Assembly (NCBI GenBank): GCA_047921455.1 | Contig: JBLRWC010000005.1 | Span: forward strand, 13,157-77,156 | DNA: 64,000 bases | Direction of reading: 5' to 3' | Origin: Gammaproteobacteria bacterium | GTDB taxonomy: Bacteria > Pseudomonadota > Gammaproteobacteria > Steroidobacterales > XN24 | Part shown: one piece after another, positions 56,740-64,000 of the stretch | How positions within the stretch are numbered: position 1 is the stretch's first letter | Layout of the letters: every line of letters begins with the position of its first letter | The notes under the pieces: model-generated | What the model saw: the letters and a program-made list of their open reading frames with translations, nothing else | Database searches by the model: none | Told to the model about the DNA's origin: nothing | Program-made: the position numbers and the translations under genes

Positions 56740-57314
56740 TGGCCAGCGCGATCCGCCGGACACTACGGCGCGGAGGATGCGCGGCAGACCTTCGGTAGCA
56801 ATCACATCCGCTACATCCTGCCCGATTTGACGCTGCGTCTCACGACGGACGCCTCCGTGACCTATATTAGGGGGGAACGGCCGTTTCGCTTACTGCGGCC
56901 GCTCAACTTCATCCTCGGCCCGGACGAGAGCCTGCGTGAATCTGTTGCCCACACGGCCCGCCAGAATTTTGCGCACACCCGGAACTACTGGCAGGAATGG
57001 GTGCGCGGCCTGGCCGGAATCTCGACTCGAGTATGCTGTTGATCGGCGAGGCGGACGATTTTGGCGAGCCGGAAACTGCTTTCAATGTCTGTACTTTCCG
57101 GTACATCAACGCGCTCGCGCAAATCGGGCGCAAGGACGAGGCACGCGAACTGTTCGAGGAAATGCTGACTTGCCGCACCCGCCTCGGACTGCTGTCCGAG
57201 GACTTTGACGTGCGCAGCGGAGCACTGTGGGGTAATTTTCCGCAGTCCTACAGCATGGTCGGCATCACCCTCGGCGCGATTCGCCTCAGCAAGTCATGGG
57301 AGGACGCGTTTTGA
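56740..57314 (+). pseudogene. Glycoside hydrolase family 15 (glucoamylase/trehalase-like) remnant: N-terminally truncated, internally deleted and frameshifted
   Basis: Frame A (to 57042) encodes ...LRLTTDASVTYIRGERPF...HTRNYWQEWVRGL, which looks like the end of a GH15 N-domain. Frame B (to 57314) encodes ...ETAFNVCTFRYINALAQIGRKDEARELFEEMLTCRTRLGLLSEDFD...GNFPQSYSMVGITLGAIRLS, the GH15 C-terminus. The (alpha/alpha)6 catalytic core in between is absent. Boundaries are approximate. Confidence 0.55.
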
Positions 57315-58681
57315 GTCGACTTATCGCAATTTCAAACCGGGTCGCGAAACCGTCGGGCGGCAAGTCCGCCGGTGGTCTCGCGGTCGGCATTCTGGCCGCA
57401 CTACGGCAATCGGGTGGCATCTGGTTCGGCTGGGGCGGCAAGACCTGCAACGGCGAACCCGGTGAGCCGAAACTGGAGCGCCACGGCGAGATCACGTTCG
57501 CCACGATCGACATCGACCAGGGCGACTTCGACGGGTATTACAATGGCTTTTGCAACAGCTCGCTGTGGCCGTTGTTTCATTACATGCTCGGAATCTTCGC
57601 CTACGAGCGCGAGCACCAGGAGGCCTACCGGCGGGTCAACCAGACCTTCGTACGCAAACTTCGGCCACTGCTACGCGAGGACGACCGGATCTGGGTGCAT
57701 GACTATCACCTGATCCCGCTGGCGGAAGAGTTGCGCCGCGCCGGCGTCCAGCAGCCGATCGGATTTTTCCTGCACGTGCCCTTTCCAAGCTACGACGTGC
57801 TGCGCACCCTACCCGGTCACCACCAGTTACTGCGCGCGCTGACCCAGTACGATGTGGTGGGCTTCCAGACGGCGCTGGACTGCGAGAACTTCCTCGGCGG
57901 GCTGCGGGCGGCCGGATTCGGCGGCGACCGTACGCTGGACGGACGGATCGACGCGCTGGGCCGAAATATCCTGGTAGGGGCATTCCCGATCGGTATCGAC
58001 GTCGAGGAAGCCGAGGACCAGGCCGCAGCATCGCGGCAATCGGCCGCCGTGCAGCGACTCGCCAAGGACATTGGCGACCGACAACTCGTCATGGGCGTGG
58101 ACCGGCTGGATTACAGCAAGGGCCTGCCGGAGCGTTTTCGCGCCTTCGAAACCCTGCTCGAGCGGCATCCGGCCAGCCACCGCAACCTGGTCTTCCTGCA
58201 GATCGCCTCGCCTACGCGCACCGGCGTGCGCGCCTACCAGGACATCCGTCATGTGCTCGAGCAATCCGCCGGCCACATCAACGGGCGTTTCTCGCAGCCC
58301 GACTGGACGCCCATCCGCTATATCAACCGGGGCATATCGAGAAAAATGCTGATGGGCTATTTCCGCGTGGCGCGCATCGGGCTGGTAACGCCCGTGCGCG
58401 ACGGCATGAACCTGGTCGCCAAGGAATACACCGCGGCACAAGATCCTGAGGATCCCGGCGTACTGGTGTTGTCCGAGCTCGCCGGCGCGGCTGCCGAACT
58501 AGGCGCCAGCGCCTTGCTGGTGAATCCCTTCGATTCGGCCGGCGTGGCCGACGCCATCCTCAAGGCCTCGGAAATGCCGCTGGCGGAGCGCCGCGAACGA
58601 CACGCCACGATGATGGCAATCCTGCGTGGCAACGACATCCACGCCTGGCGCAAGCGCTTCTTAGACGCCCTCGGCGCCTGA
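57311..58681 (+). CDS. otsA: Alpha,alpha-trehalose-phosphate synthase (GT20)
   Basis: (M)SRLIAISNRVAKPSGGKSAGGLAVGILAAL...GGIWFGWGG matches the OtsA N-terminus. The TTG at 57311 has GGGAGGA 8 nt upstream; ATG 57296 is an alternative. It has a GT20 body (VHDYHLIP, DGMNLVAKEY). Confidence 0.85.
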   Translation: MSRLIAISNRVAKPSGGKSAGGLAVGILAALRQSGGIWFGWGGKTCNGEPGEPKLERHGEITFATIDIDQGDFDGYYNGFCNSSLWPLFHYMLGIFAYEREHQEAYRRVNQTFVRKLRPLLREDDRIWVHDYHLIPLAEELRRAGVQQPIGFFLHVPFPSYDVLRTLPGHHQLLRALTQYDVVGFQTALDCENFLGGLRAAGFGGDRTLDGRIDALGRNILVGAFPIGIDVEEAEDQAAASRQSAAVQRLAKDIGDRQLVMGVDRLDYSKGLPERFRAFETLLERHPASHRNLVFLQIASPTRTGVRAYQDIRHVLEQSAGHINGRFSQPDWTPIRYINRGISRKMLMGYFRVARIGLVTPVRDGMNLVAKEYTAAQDPEDPGVLVLSELAGAAAELGASALLVNPFDSAGVADAILKASEMPLAERRERHATMMAILRGNDIHAWRKRFLDALGA

Positions 58682-58691
58682 GCGCCAGGCT

Positions 58692-59357
58692 TCAGAGGCG
58701 CCCGCGGATCACCAGGTGGCGATCGCTGACCTCCTCCACCGAGAAGTGGTCGAGGCCGGCGGCCGCCAGCTGCCCGCGGATCTCGTCGGGCTCGAATGCC
58801 GCGAGCAGCGAATTATAGAAATCCCGCCGCAGCACCTCGGGTTCATTCGCCGCGTGCTCCGCCACCAGGGCCCGGGCGGCCGCGGTGCTGGCGGGGCGCA
58901 TCAAGTCCATCACCAGGACCGCCGCTCCGGGTACGCCACGTTCCCGGATCATGCGCCACAAAACGGCGGGGTCGTGCAAATGGTGCAAAAGGCTGTTCGA
59001 CACGACCGCCTCATAGCTCATCCTCGGCAGGACCGCATCCGGTACCAGGCCTTCGACCAGGCGGACCCGTTCGCCCAGCGCCGCGTCGTTCTCGAGCGTC
59101 GCACGGCCGAAAGCCAGCATGGCCGGTGAACCATCGAGGCCATGCACCTCGATCTCCGGTTGGGCCGCCGCGATCCGCAGCGTGATATCGCCGGGCCCGC
59201 AGCCGAGATCAAGCACCGCGGCGCCCGCCGGCAGGCGGCCGACAAACTCGTCGTAGAGCGCCACGAAGCGAGCGTTGGGCTCCGCGAAATCGGCCTCGGC
59301 ATAGGCGCGCGCCTGGGCGGCGTCGTCCATCAGCTCCGGCTCGGTGATCCGTTCCAT
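58692..59357 (-). CDS. Class I SAM-dependent methyltransferase
   Basis: The 221-aa ORF has motif I VLDLGCGPGDITLRI and then VVSNSLLHHL. Confidence 0.7.
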   Translation of the reverse strand: MERITEPELMDDAAQARAYAEADFAEPNARFVALYDEFVGRLPAGAAVLDLGCGPGDITLRIAAAQPEIEVHGLDGSPAMLAFGRATLENDAALGERVRLVEGLVPDAVLPRMSYEAVVSNSLLHHLHDPAVLWRMIRERGVPGAAVLVMDLMRPASTAAARALVAEHAANEPEVLRRDFYNSLLAAFEPDEIRGQLAAAGLDHFSVEEVSDRHLVIRGRL

Positions 59358-59566
59358 CAGTCGTCCCCGTAGGTATCGAGATCCACGCGCCGGTCCAACT
59401 CGCGCTTGCGTTCCTCGGCCAGTTCCTCGACCGAGCGCGCCTTCTCAAGGGCGCGGACCTGGTCCTTGAACACGGTTTCGTCCACTGGCGGCGGTTCGCG
59501 TCGCTCGCCGCAGGCGACCAGCGCCAGGCAAGCCACCATTAACATCAGCACTCCGGCAGGGTTCAT
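59357..59566 (-). CDS. Small lipoprotein (hypothetical)
   Basis: The 69-aa ORF has a lipobox (LALVAC) after a signal peptide and a charged C-terminal half. Its stop overlaps the downstream methyltransferase start by 1 nt. Confidence 0.5.
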   Translation of the reverse strand: MNPAGVLMLMVACLALVACGERREPPPVDETVFKDQVRALEKARSVEELAEERKRELDRRVDLDTYGDD

Positions 59567-59642
59567 AATCAGTCTCCGGACGACGGGGAACGCCTGCTGG
59601 CAATGTTAGCGTATCCCCCGGGCAACGACAGCGGAGCGGCAA

Positions 59643-60446
59643 ATGAACGAGTTCAACGACAATGTCGTCGTGGTTACGGGCGCCTCCGAGGGTATCGGGC
59701 GCGCCCTCTGCCTGGCGCTGGCGCCACAGGGGCCGAAGCTCGTGCTGGCCGCCCGTAACGCGGAACGCCTCGAATCGCTCGCGGCGGAATGCCGCGCCGC
59801 CGGGGCCGAAACCCTGGTGGTGGCCGGCGACCTGAACAGCGAAACCCAGTGCCGGGCGCTGGTCGCGGCGACCATCGAAGCCTTCGGGCGGCTCGATACC
59901 CTGGTGGCGAACGCCGGCCGCACAATGTGGGCGCGCGTCGACGAGATCCAGGACGCTCGGATCTTTCGCGACGTCATGGAGCTGAACTATTTCTCGGTGG
60001 TGTGGCTGACCCTCGCAGCGCTACCGCACCTGAAGACCTCGCGCGGCCGCCTCGTGCCGGTCGCCAGCGTAGCGGGGCTGACCGGCGTCCCGGCCCGCAG
60101 CGCTTATTGCGCCAGCAAGCATGCGGTGATCGGTTTCTTCGACTCGCTGCGCATCGAACTGGCGGATACCGGCGTCACCATCACCACCGTCTGTCCCGAC
60201 TTCGTCGTCACGGAGATCCACCGGCGCGCCCTCGACGGCGCAGGCCGCCCGCTGGGCAACAGCCCGATGCAGGAGGCCAGCATCATGACCGCTGAGCAGT
60301 GCGCCGCGCTCATGGTGCCCGCAATGGCGGCGCGCCGGCGCATGCTGATCACTTCGCGGCGCGGCAAGCTCGGGCGGTTGTTGAAGGTGTTCGCGCCCGG
60401 CGTCATCGATCGGATCGCCGCCAAGGCCATCGCCGACCGGAAATAG
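59643..60446 (+). CDS. Short-chain dehydrogenase/reductase (SDR)
   Basis: The ORF has VVVTGASEGIGRAL (TGxxxGxG), NAG and the catalytic YCASKHAV. Confidence 0.8.
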   Translation: MNEFNDNVVVVTGASEGIGRALCLALAPQGPKLVLAARNAERLESLAAECRAAGAETLVVAGDLNSETQCRALVAATIEAFGRLDTLVANAGRTMWARVDEIQDARIFRDVMELNYFSVVWLTLAALPHLKTSRGRLVPVASVAGLTGVPARSAYCASKHAVIGFFDSLRIELADTGVTITTVCPDFVVTEIHRRALDGAGRPLGNSPMQEASIMTAEQCAALMVPAMAARRRMLITSRRGKLGRLLKVFAPGVIDRIAAKAIADRK

Positions 60447-60451
60447 CGCGG

Positions 60452-60958
60452 CTAGACGTCGTCGAGGAACCAGTCGAAAAACCGGTTGATTTCGAAAATA
60501 TGTTCTGCCAGGCGATGATCGCCATCGATCAGGTGCAGCACGGCGCGATGCTGCCCGGCGAAACGAATACTGTTGGCCGGCGGCACGATATCGTCACGCC
60601 AGCCGTGCACGATGGTGATGCGCCGCACGCGCGGCTCCGGGGTGTGTTCCTCGTAACCCGGCATGAAAAACGCCGGCGCCAGCAGGAACAGGCCGCGCAC
60701 ATCCGGCAACTGCATGGCAGCGGCGGCCGCCACGTGGCCGCCCATGCTGGAACCGACCAGCACCAGCGGGCGTCCCAACGGCGCACAGTGGGCCACCAGC
60801 TTGTCGACCCGCGCCACCGGGTCGTCGATACCCCGGTAATCAAGGCTGTCGGCGTCCAGGCCGCGATCCCGCGCCAGGTCGGCCATGGCAGCGATCTTCG
60901 TGCCCCAGGGACCGCTTTCCTTGCCGTGCGAGAAACAGATGTACGGTGTTTTCGGCAT
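60452..60958 (-). CDS. Small alpha/beta-fold hydrolase (YqiA-like esterase family)
   Basis: The ATG at 60958 gives MPKTPYICFSHGKESGP. It has a nucleophile elbow (VGSSMGG) and late DD/H residues (GWRDDIVP, DGDHRL). Confidence 0.65.
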   Translation of the reverse strand: MPKTPYICFSHGKESGPWGTKIAAMADLARDRGLDADSLDYRGIDDPVARVDKLVAHCAPLGRPLVLVGSSMGGHVAAAAAMQLPDVRGLFLLAPAFFMPGYEEHTPEPRVRRITIVHGWRDDIVPPANSIRFAGQHRAVLHLIDGDHRLAEHIFEINRFFDWFLDDV

Positions 60959-60995
60959 GCGCGAAATATAGCAGCCCGAGGCTGCGTTCTCGAAA

Positions 60996-62384
60996 TCAGG
61001 GCTTCCCGGGCGCAGCCGGCGCGCGCAGCCGGGCGGCGAGGTCCTGGCGCGCCTGCGCCAGCAGCGAGTCCCGGTCGACGGACTCGAGAATCTCCTGCAC
61101 AACCGCCTTCGGCCCGCCGTCGCCCCACGATTTACCCTGCGCGAAGTAACGCTCGGCGACCCGGCCGATCATGTAAGTGCCGTAGTACGCCACGGCACCC
61201 TGGGCACCCGAGGTGAGCACCGTAGACAATCCGCCGGTACTGGCCTTCAATGCTGCGGAAACGAAATGCGTCAACCAGACGGTACCCATGAGCAGCGTCA
61301 TCTGCGTGGCGATGACCGTCACGAGGGAGCTGGCTTCCGCACGGCTCAGCGGCAGCGCGTAGAGCCGGGAAAGATGGAACACCAGCCCGGCATCCAGCGC
61401 AGCCGCGGCGAGCAGGTCAGCGATCGGGACCGGATTGACGGCCACCGCGACGCCCTTGGCGATGCAGTACTGGCGCACCAGCCGCTCGGCTGCCGCGCGA
61501 CGTACCTCGACCACGCGTTGGCCGACGCGCTCACTGACCCGCCCCGCAAACATCCCGGCAGTCACGGCAGCCAGCGTCTGGCCTTCTGACTCGAGGATCT
61601 GCCATAAGCGCTCGCGCAGCGCCTCGACGTCCGGCGGCAGGACACGCCGTTCCTCGTGCTCAGTGCCGTCCGGTGCCAGCCTGATGCGCAACTCCGGCGC
61701 CGGGTCGGCGGCCGCCACGACAATATTCTCGGGCCGCAGCCGGCCCGCGGTGCGCGCGGCCAGCCGCGCCACCAGCGTCGCGCGTTCCCCGGCCGTGAAA
61801 CGATCCGCCTTGTTCAGCACCAGCAGGACCGGCCGGCCTGGCTGGAGGGCTTGTTCGAGCGCCGCCTGCTCGGTGGCATTCAGGTCGCCATCGACCACAA
61901 ACAGCACCAGGTCGGCGCGTTCCGCTACCTCGCGCGCGAGCCGCTCGCGCTGTTCGCCGCCGACCTCGTTGATCCCCGGCGTATCGAGCAAGTGAACGCC
62001 ACCGCTACGTTCCTCTCGCCAGCGGGCTTCGCCGGGCACGCGGGTCTCGCCATGCAGGGGACTGGTGCTGAAACGGGCTTCGCCCAGCAAGGCATTCAGC
62101 AGCGAGGACTTGCCGACGCTCACCTCGCCGAGCACGGCAATGTGAATCTCGCCCTGTTCGAGCTTCTGCAGCAGCCGTTCGACGTCGGCGAATTCGGGCG
62201 CCAGCGCCTCGCGCACGCCGGCCGGCAGGCGCGGGTCCTCGAGCAAACGCCGCAAGCTGTCGCGCGCCAGCGCGACATGCGCATCGCCCGCGGTCGGCGC
62301 CGCCAGCGCCTCAGTCGCGGTCGGCGCGGCGCGCTTCCAGGGCCAGCCGAGCCAATTGACGGGCTTTTTCCCCGATGTTTTCAC
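60996..62384 (-). CDS. Membrane-associated GTPase: P-loop G domain plus a DUF697-like C-terminal domain (second of a pair)
   Basis: The start is placed at GTG 62384 (GGAGA SD), overlapping the upstream gene by 74 nt. Motifs: G1 GEVSVGKSS, G3 DTPG, G4 NKAD. The C-terminus (KGVAVAVNPVPIADLLAAAALDAGLVFHLSRLY...) is DUF697-like. Confidence 0.7.
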   Translation of the reverse strand: MKTSGKKPVNWLGWPWKRAAPTATEALAAPTAGDAHVALARDSLRRLLEDPRLPAGVREALAPEFADVERLLQKLEQGEIHIAVLGEVSVGKSSLLNALLGEARFSTSPLHGETRVPGEARWREERSGGVHLLDTPGINEVGGEQRERLAREVAERADLVLFVVDGDLNATEQAALEQALQPGRPVLLVLNKADRFTAGERATLVARLAARTAGRLRPENIVVAAADPAPELRIRLAPDGTEHEERRVLPPDVEALRERLWQILESEGQTLAAVTAGMFAGRVSERVGQRVVEVRRAAAERLVRQYCIAKGVAVAVNPVPIADLLAAAALDAGLVFHLSRLYALPLSRAEASSLVTVIATQMTLLMGTVWLTHFVSAALKASTGGLSTVLTSGAQGAVAYYGTYMIGRVAERYFAQGKSWGDGGPKAVVQEILESVDRDSLLAQARQDLAARLRAPAAPGKP

Positions 62385-63798
62385 CAAACTGGTCTCCCAC
62401 TGTGCGTGCCGCGGCCGCCGGGCGCAGTTCGCCGGTCGTCTCGAGGCTATTGACCAGGCCTTTGCCCATGGCGTCGAAAATAATGCCGTAAGCGACCGCG
62501 TGCACCAGTCCGCCCGCCACCGTGCCGACGCCGGGGAACGCCTTGAGGGCATTACCCGAGACGGCCAGCAAGAGCGGCAGGGCCCGGCCGACATAGCGCT
62601 GCGCGATGTCGAGGAAGCGCTGGATGTCGATTTCCCGCGCCGGAATGTCGTAGAGCTTGCACAGGGTTTTCACCAGCGAAGTACCGAGATAGCCCTGGAT
62701 CAGCACATCCGTTCCCGGACCCACGGCCGCGAGCGCGCCGATCACCGCCTTTTGCGTGTAACCCTTGACGACCTGGTCGGCCGCCGCGCGGCGCCGTTGT
62801 CCCGCGGCCGTCTCCAGCCGGGCCACCGCAAGCCGGAACACCGAGGCATCGCGCAGGGCGTCGAGCGCCGCCGGGCTGGTCTCAAGTTGCAGCTGCAGTG
62901 CATCGCGCAGCGGTTCCACGCGTGGCGCCCGGGGCCGCTCCAGGGTCGTCTCGCGGCCCTGTTCATCGACCTGCGCAACCCGCTCGACGCCGCCCGCGAC
63001 CACCGGCACCACGGCGGGCGTCGGCTCCAGGTCACCGAGTCGCTCCGCGAGCCGCGCGACAATTCGCTGCAGATCTTCCTCGACATACCAGTCGGCCTTG
63101 TTGACGGCGACGACCAGCGGCTTGCCCATCTCCGCCAGCGTCCGCACATCCGCGAACTGGCTGCGGCTCAGGTCGCCATCACACACGTAAACCACGAGGT
63201 GTGCGCGCACCGCCTCATCCAACGCCGCCTCGCCGAGCTCGCGGTCGTCGCCGCTGCCGGGCACATCGGCGAGTTCGACCACATCGCCCGAGTCCAGCGA
63301 CCACCGGTAATGCGCGACCGCCCGAGTGGTACCCGCCGCCACGCCGGTATCCGGCATCGCGTCGGGCACCAGCGACTGGACCAGCGAGCTCTTGCCGGAG
63401 CTGGCCTCACCATACATGGCGATGAATAACCGGCCGCCTTCGCGCCGCCGCGCCAGTTCCGCCAGCTCCCGCTCTACCGCTACCGTATCGGTGCCGGCCG
63501 CGCGCTCCCGCTCCAGCCGTTCGCGCAAGCCGGGTTCGTCGGACGGGGCGCCATCACGCCGCGTACCTTTCGATCGGCGCGGCGGCACCAGCAACCACCA
63601 CAACAGGTATACGGCGGCGGCCGCACCGATCGACAGCACGACGATGAAGCCGTAATAAAGCGCCGCAGGACCTTCCCGCAACCGCTGCACGATCGACAAT
63701 ACGGTGTCCGCGACGGCCAGCAAGGCGCCGGCGAACAACACCAGCGCCACGATTACGGCTGCGGCCAGCAGCAATCGTATGCGGCGATCCCGCCTCAT
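62311..63798 (-). CDS. Membrane-anchored GTPase: two N-terminal TM helices, P-loop G domain and a DUF697-like C-terminal domain (first of a pair)
   Basis: The ATG at 63798 gives MRRDRRIRLLLAAAVIVALVLF. Motifs: G1 GEASSGKSS, G3 DVPG, G4 NKAD. The C-terminus reads AVIGALAAVGPGTDVLIQGYLGTSLVKTLCKLY... Confidence 0.7.
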   Translation of the reverse strand: MRRDRRIRLLLAAAVIVALVLFAGALLAVADTVLSIVQRLREGPAALYYGFIVVLSIGAAAAVYLLWWLLVPPRRSKGTRRDGAPSDEPGLRERLERERAAGTDTVAVERELAELARRREGGRLFIAMYGEASSGKSSLVQSLVPDAMPDTGVAAGTTRAVAHYRWSLDSGDVVELADVPGSGDDRELGEAALDEAVRAHLVVYVCDGDLSRSQFADVRTLAEMGKPLVVAVNKADWYVEEDLQRIVARLAERLGDLEPTPAVVPVVAGGVERVAQVDEQGRETTLERPRAPRVEPLRDALQLQLETSPAALDALRDASVFRLAVARLETAAGQRRRAAADQVVKGYTQKAVIGALAAVGPGTDVLIQGYLGTSLVKTLCKLYDIPAREIDIQRFLDIAQRYVGRALPLLLAVSGNALKAFPGVGTVAGGLVHAVAYGIIFDAMGKGLVNSLETTGELRPAAAARTVGDQFGENIGEKARQLARLALEARRADRD

Positions 63799-64000
63799 GC
63801 CTGCCCGGCCAGGTCGTCGCGGCATAACCGCGACTGCGACGACGATACGATTTCACCCATGCAGCGGCTCCCCGCAGGCCGGATATCCAAGCACACGACA
63901 CCCCCATGCTAACGCCGCACAGCCTCTCCTGGCACCCGGGCGACGCCAGCGCACGGACACGAGCCGGGACACGAGCCCGGCGACGTTGCATGGCCGTACA

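Overview
High-GC, densely coding chromosomal segment, most likely gammaproteobacterial. Support for that: the rhlB / trxA / rho arrangement, plus purD, tamAB, plsB, cysQ and otsA. I found no rRNA, tRNA, CRISPR array, transposase or integrase. All product calls come from reading motifs in the supplied translations by eye; no searches were run.

Layout:
- 1-14 kb: purD (5' partial), tamA-tamB, an NTF2-like/amidohydrolase pair, a second Omp85-type outer-membrane protein, a NOX-type ferric-reductase-domain flavocytochrome, and copA.
- 14.0-33.7 kb, all on the minus strand: two tandem, diverged Mrp-like (CPA3) gene sets. Each has E-F-G-MbhD-like-B-C followed by four antiporter-like subunits. A SAM methyltransferase lies between the two sets and a small triheme cytochrome c lies after the second.
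- 33.8-46.9 kb: AbgT-family transporter, GATase, ABC exporter, GGDEF protein, lrgAB-like pair, rho, trxA, rhlB, HAD nucleotidase, cysQ and small DUF proteins.
- 46.9-53.9 kb: a DUF1302 / DUF1329 / Ycf48-like / RND four-gene envelope cluster.
- 54-64 kb: plsB, a decayed GH15 remnant, otsA, a methyltransferase, a lipoprotein, an SDR, an alpha/beta hydrolase and two tandem membrane-anchored GTPases.

The best candidate for an undescribed system is the double Mrp-like block:
- It encodes eight antiporter-like subunits and no recognisable redox module (no NuoB/D/H/I-type ORF).
- One subunit has lost the conserved charged residues.
- Three subunits carry NuoL-style amphipathic tails ending in a terminal TM anchor.
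- One of those tails is expanded to about 280 residues.
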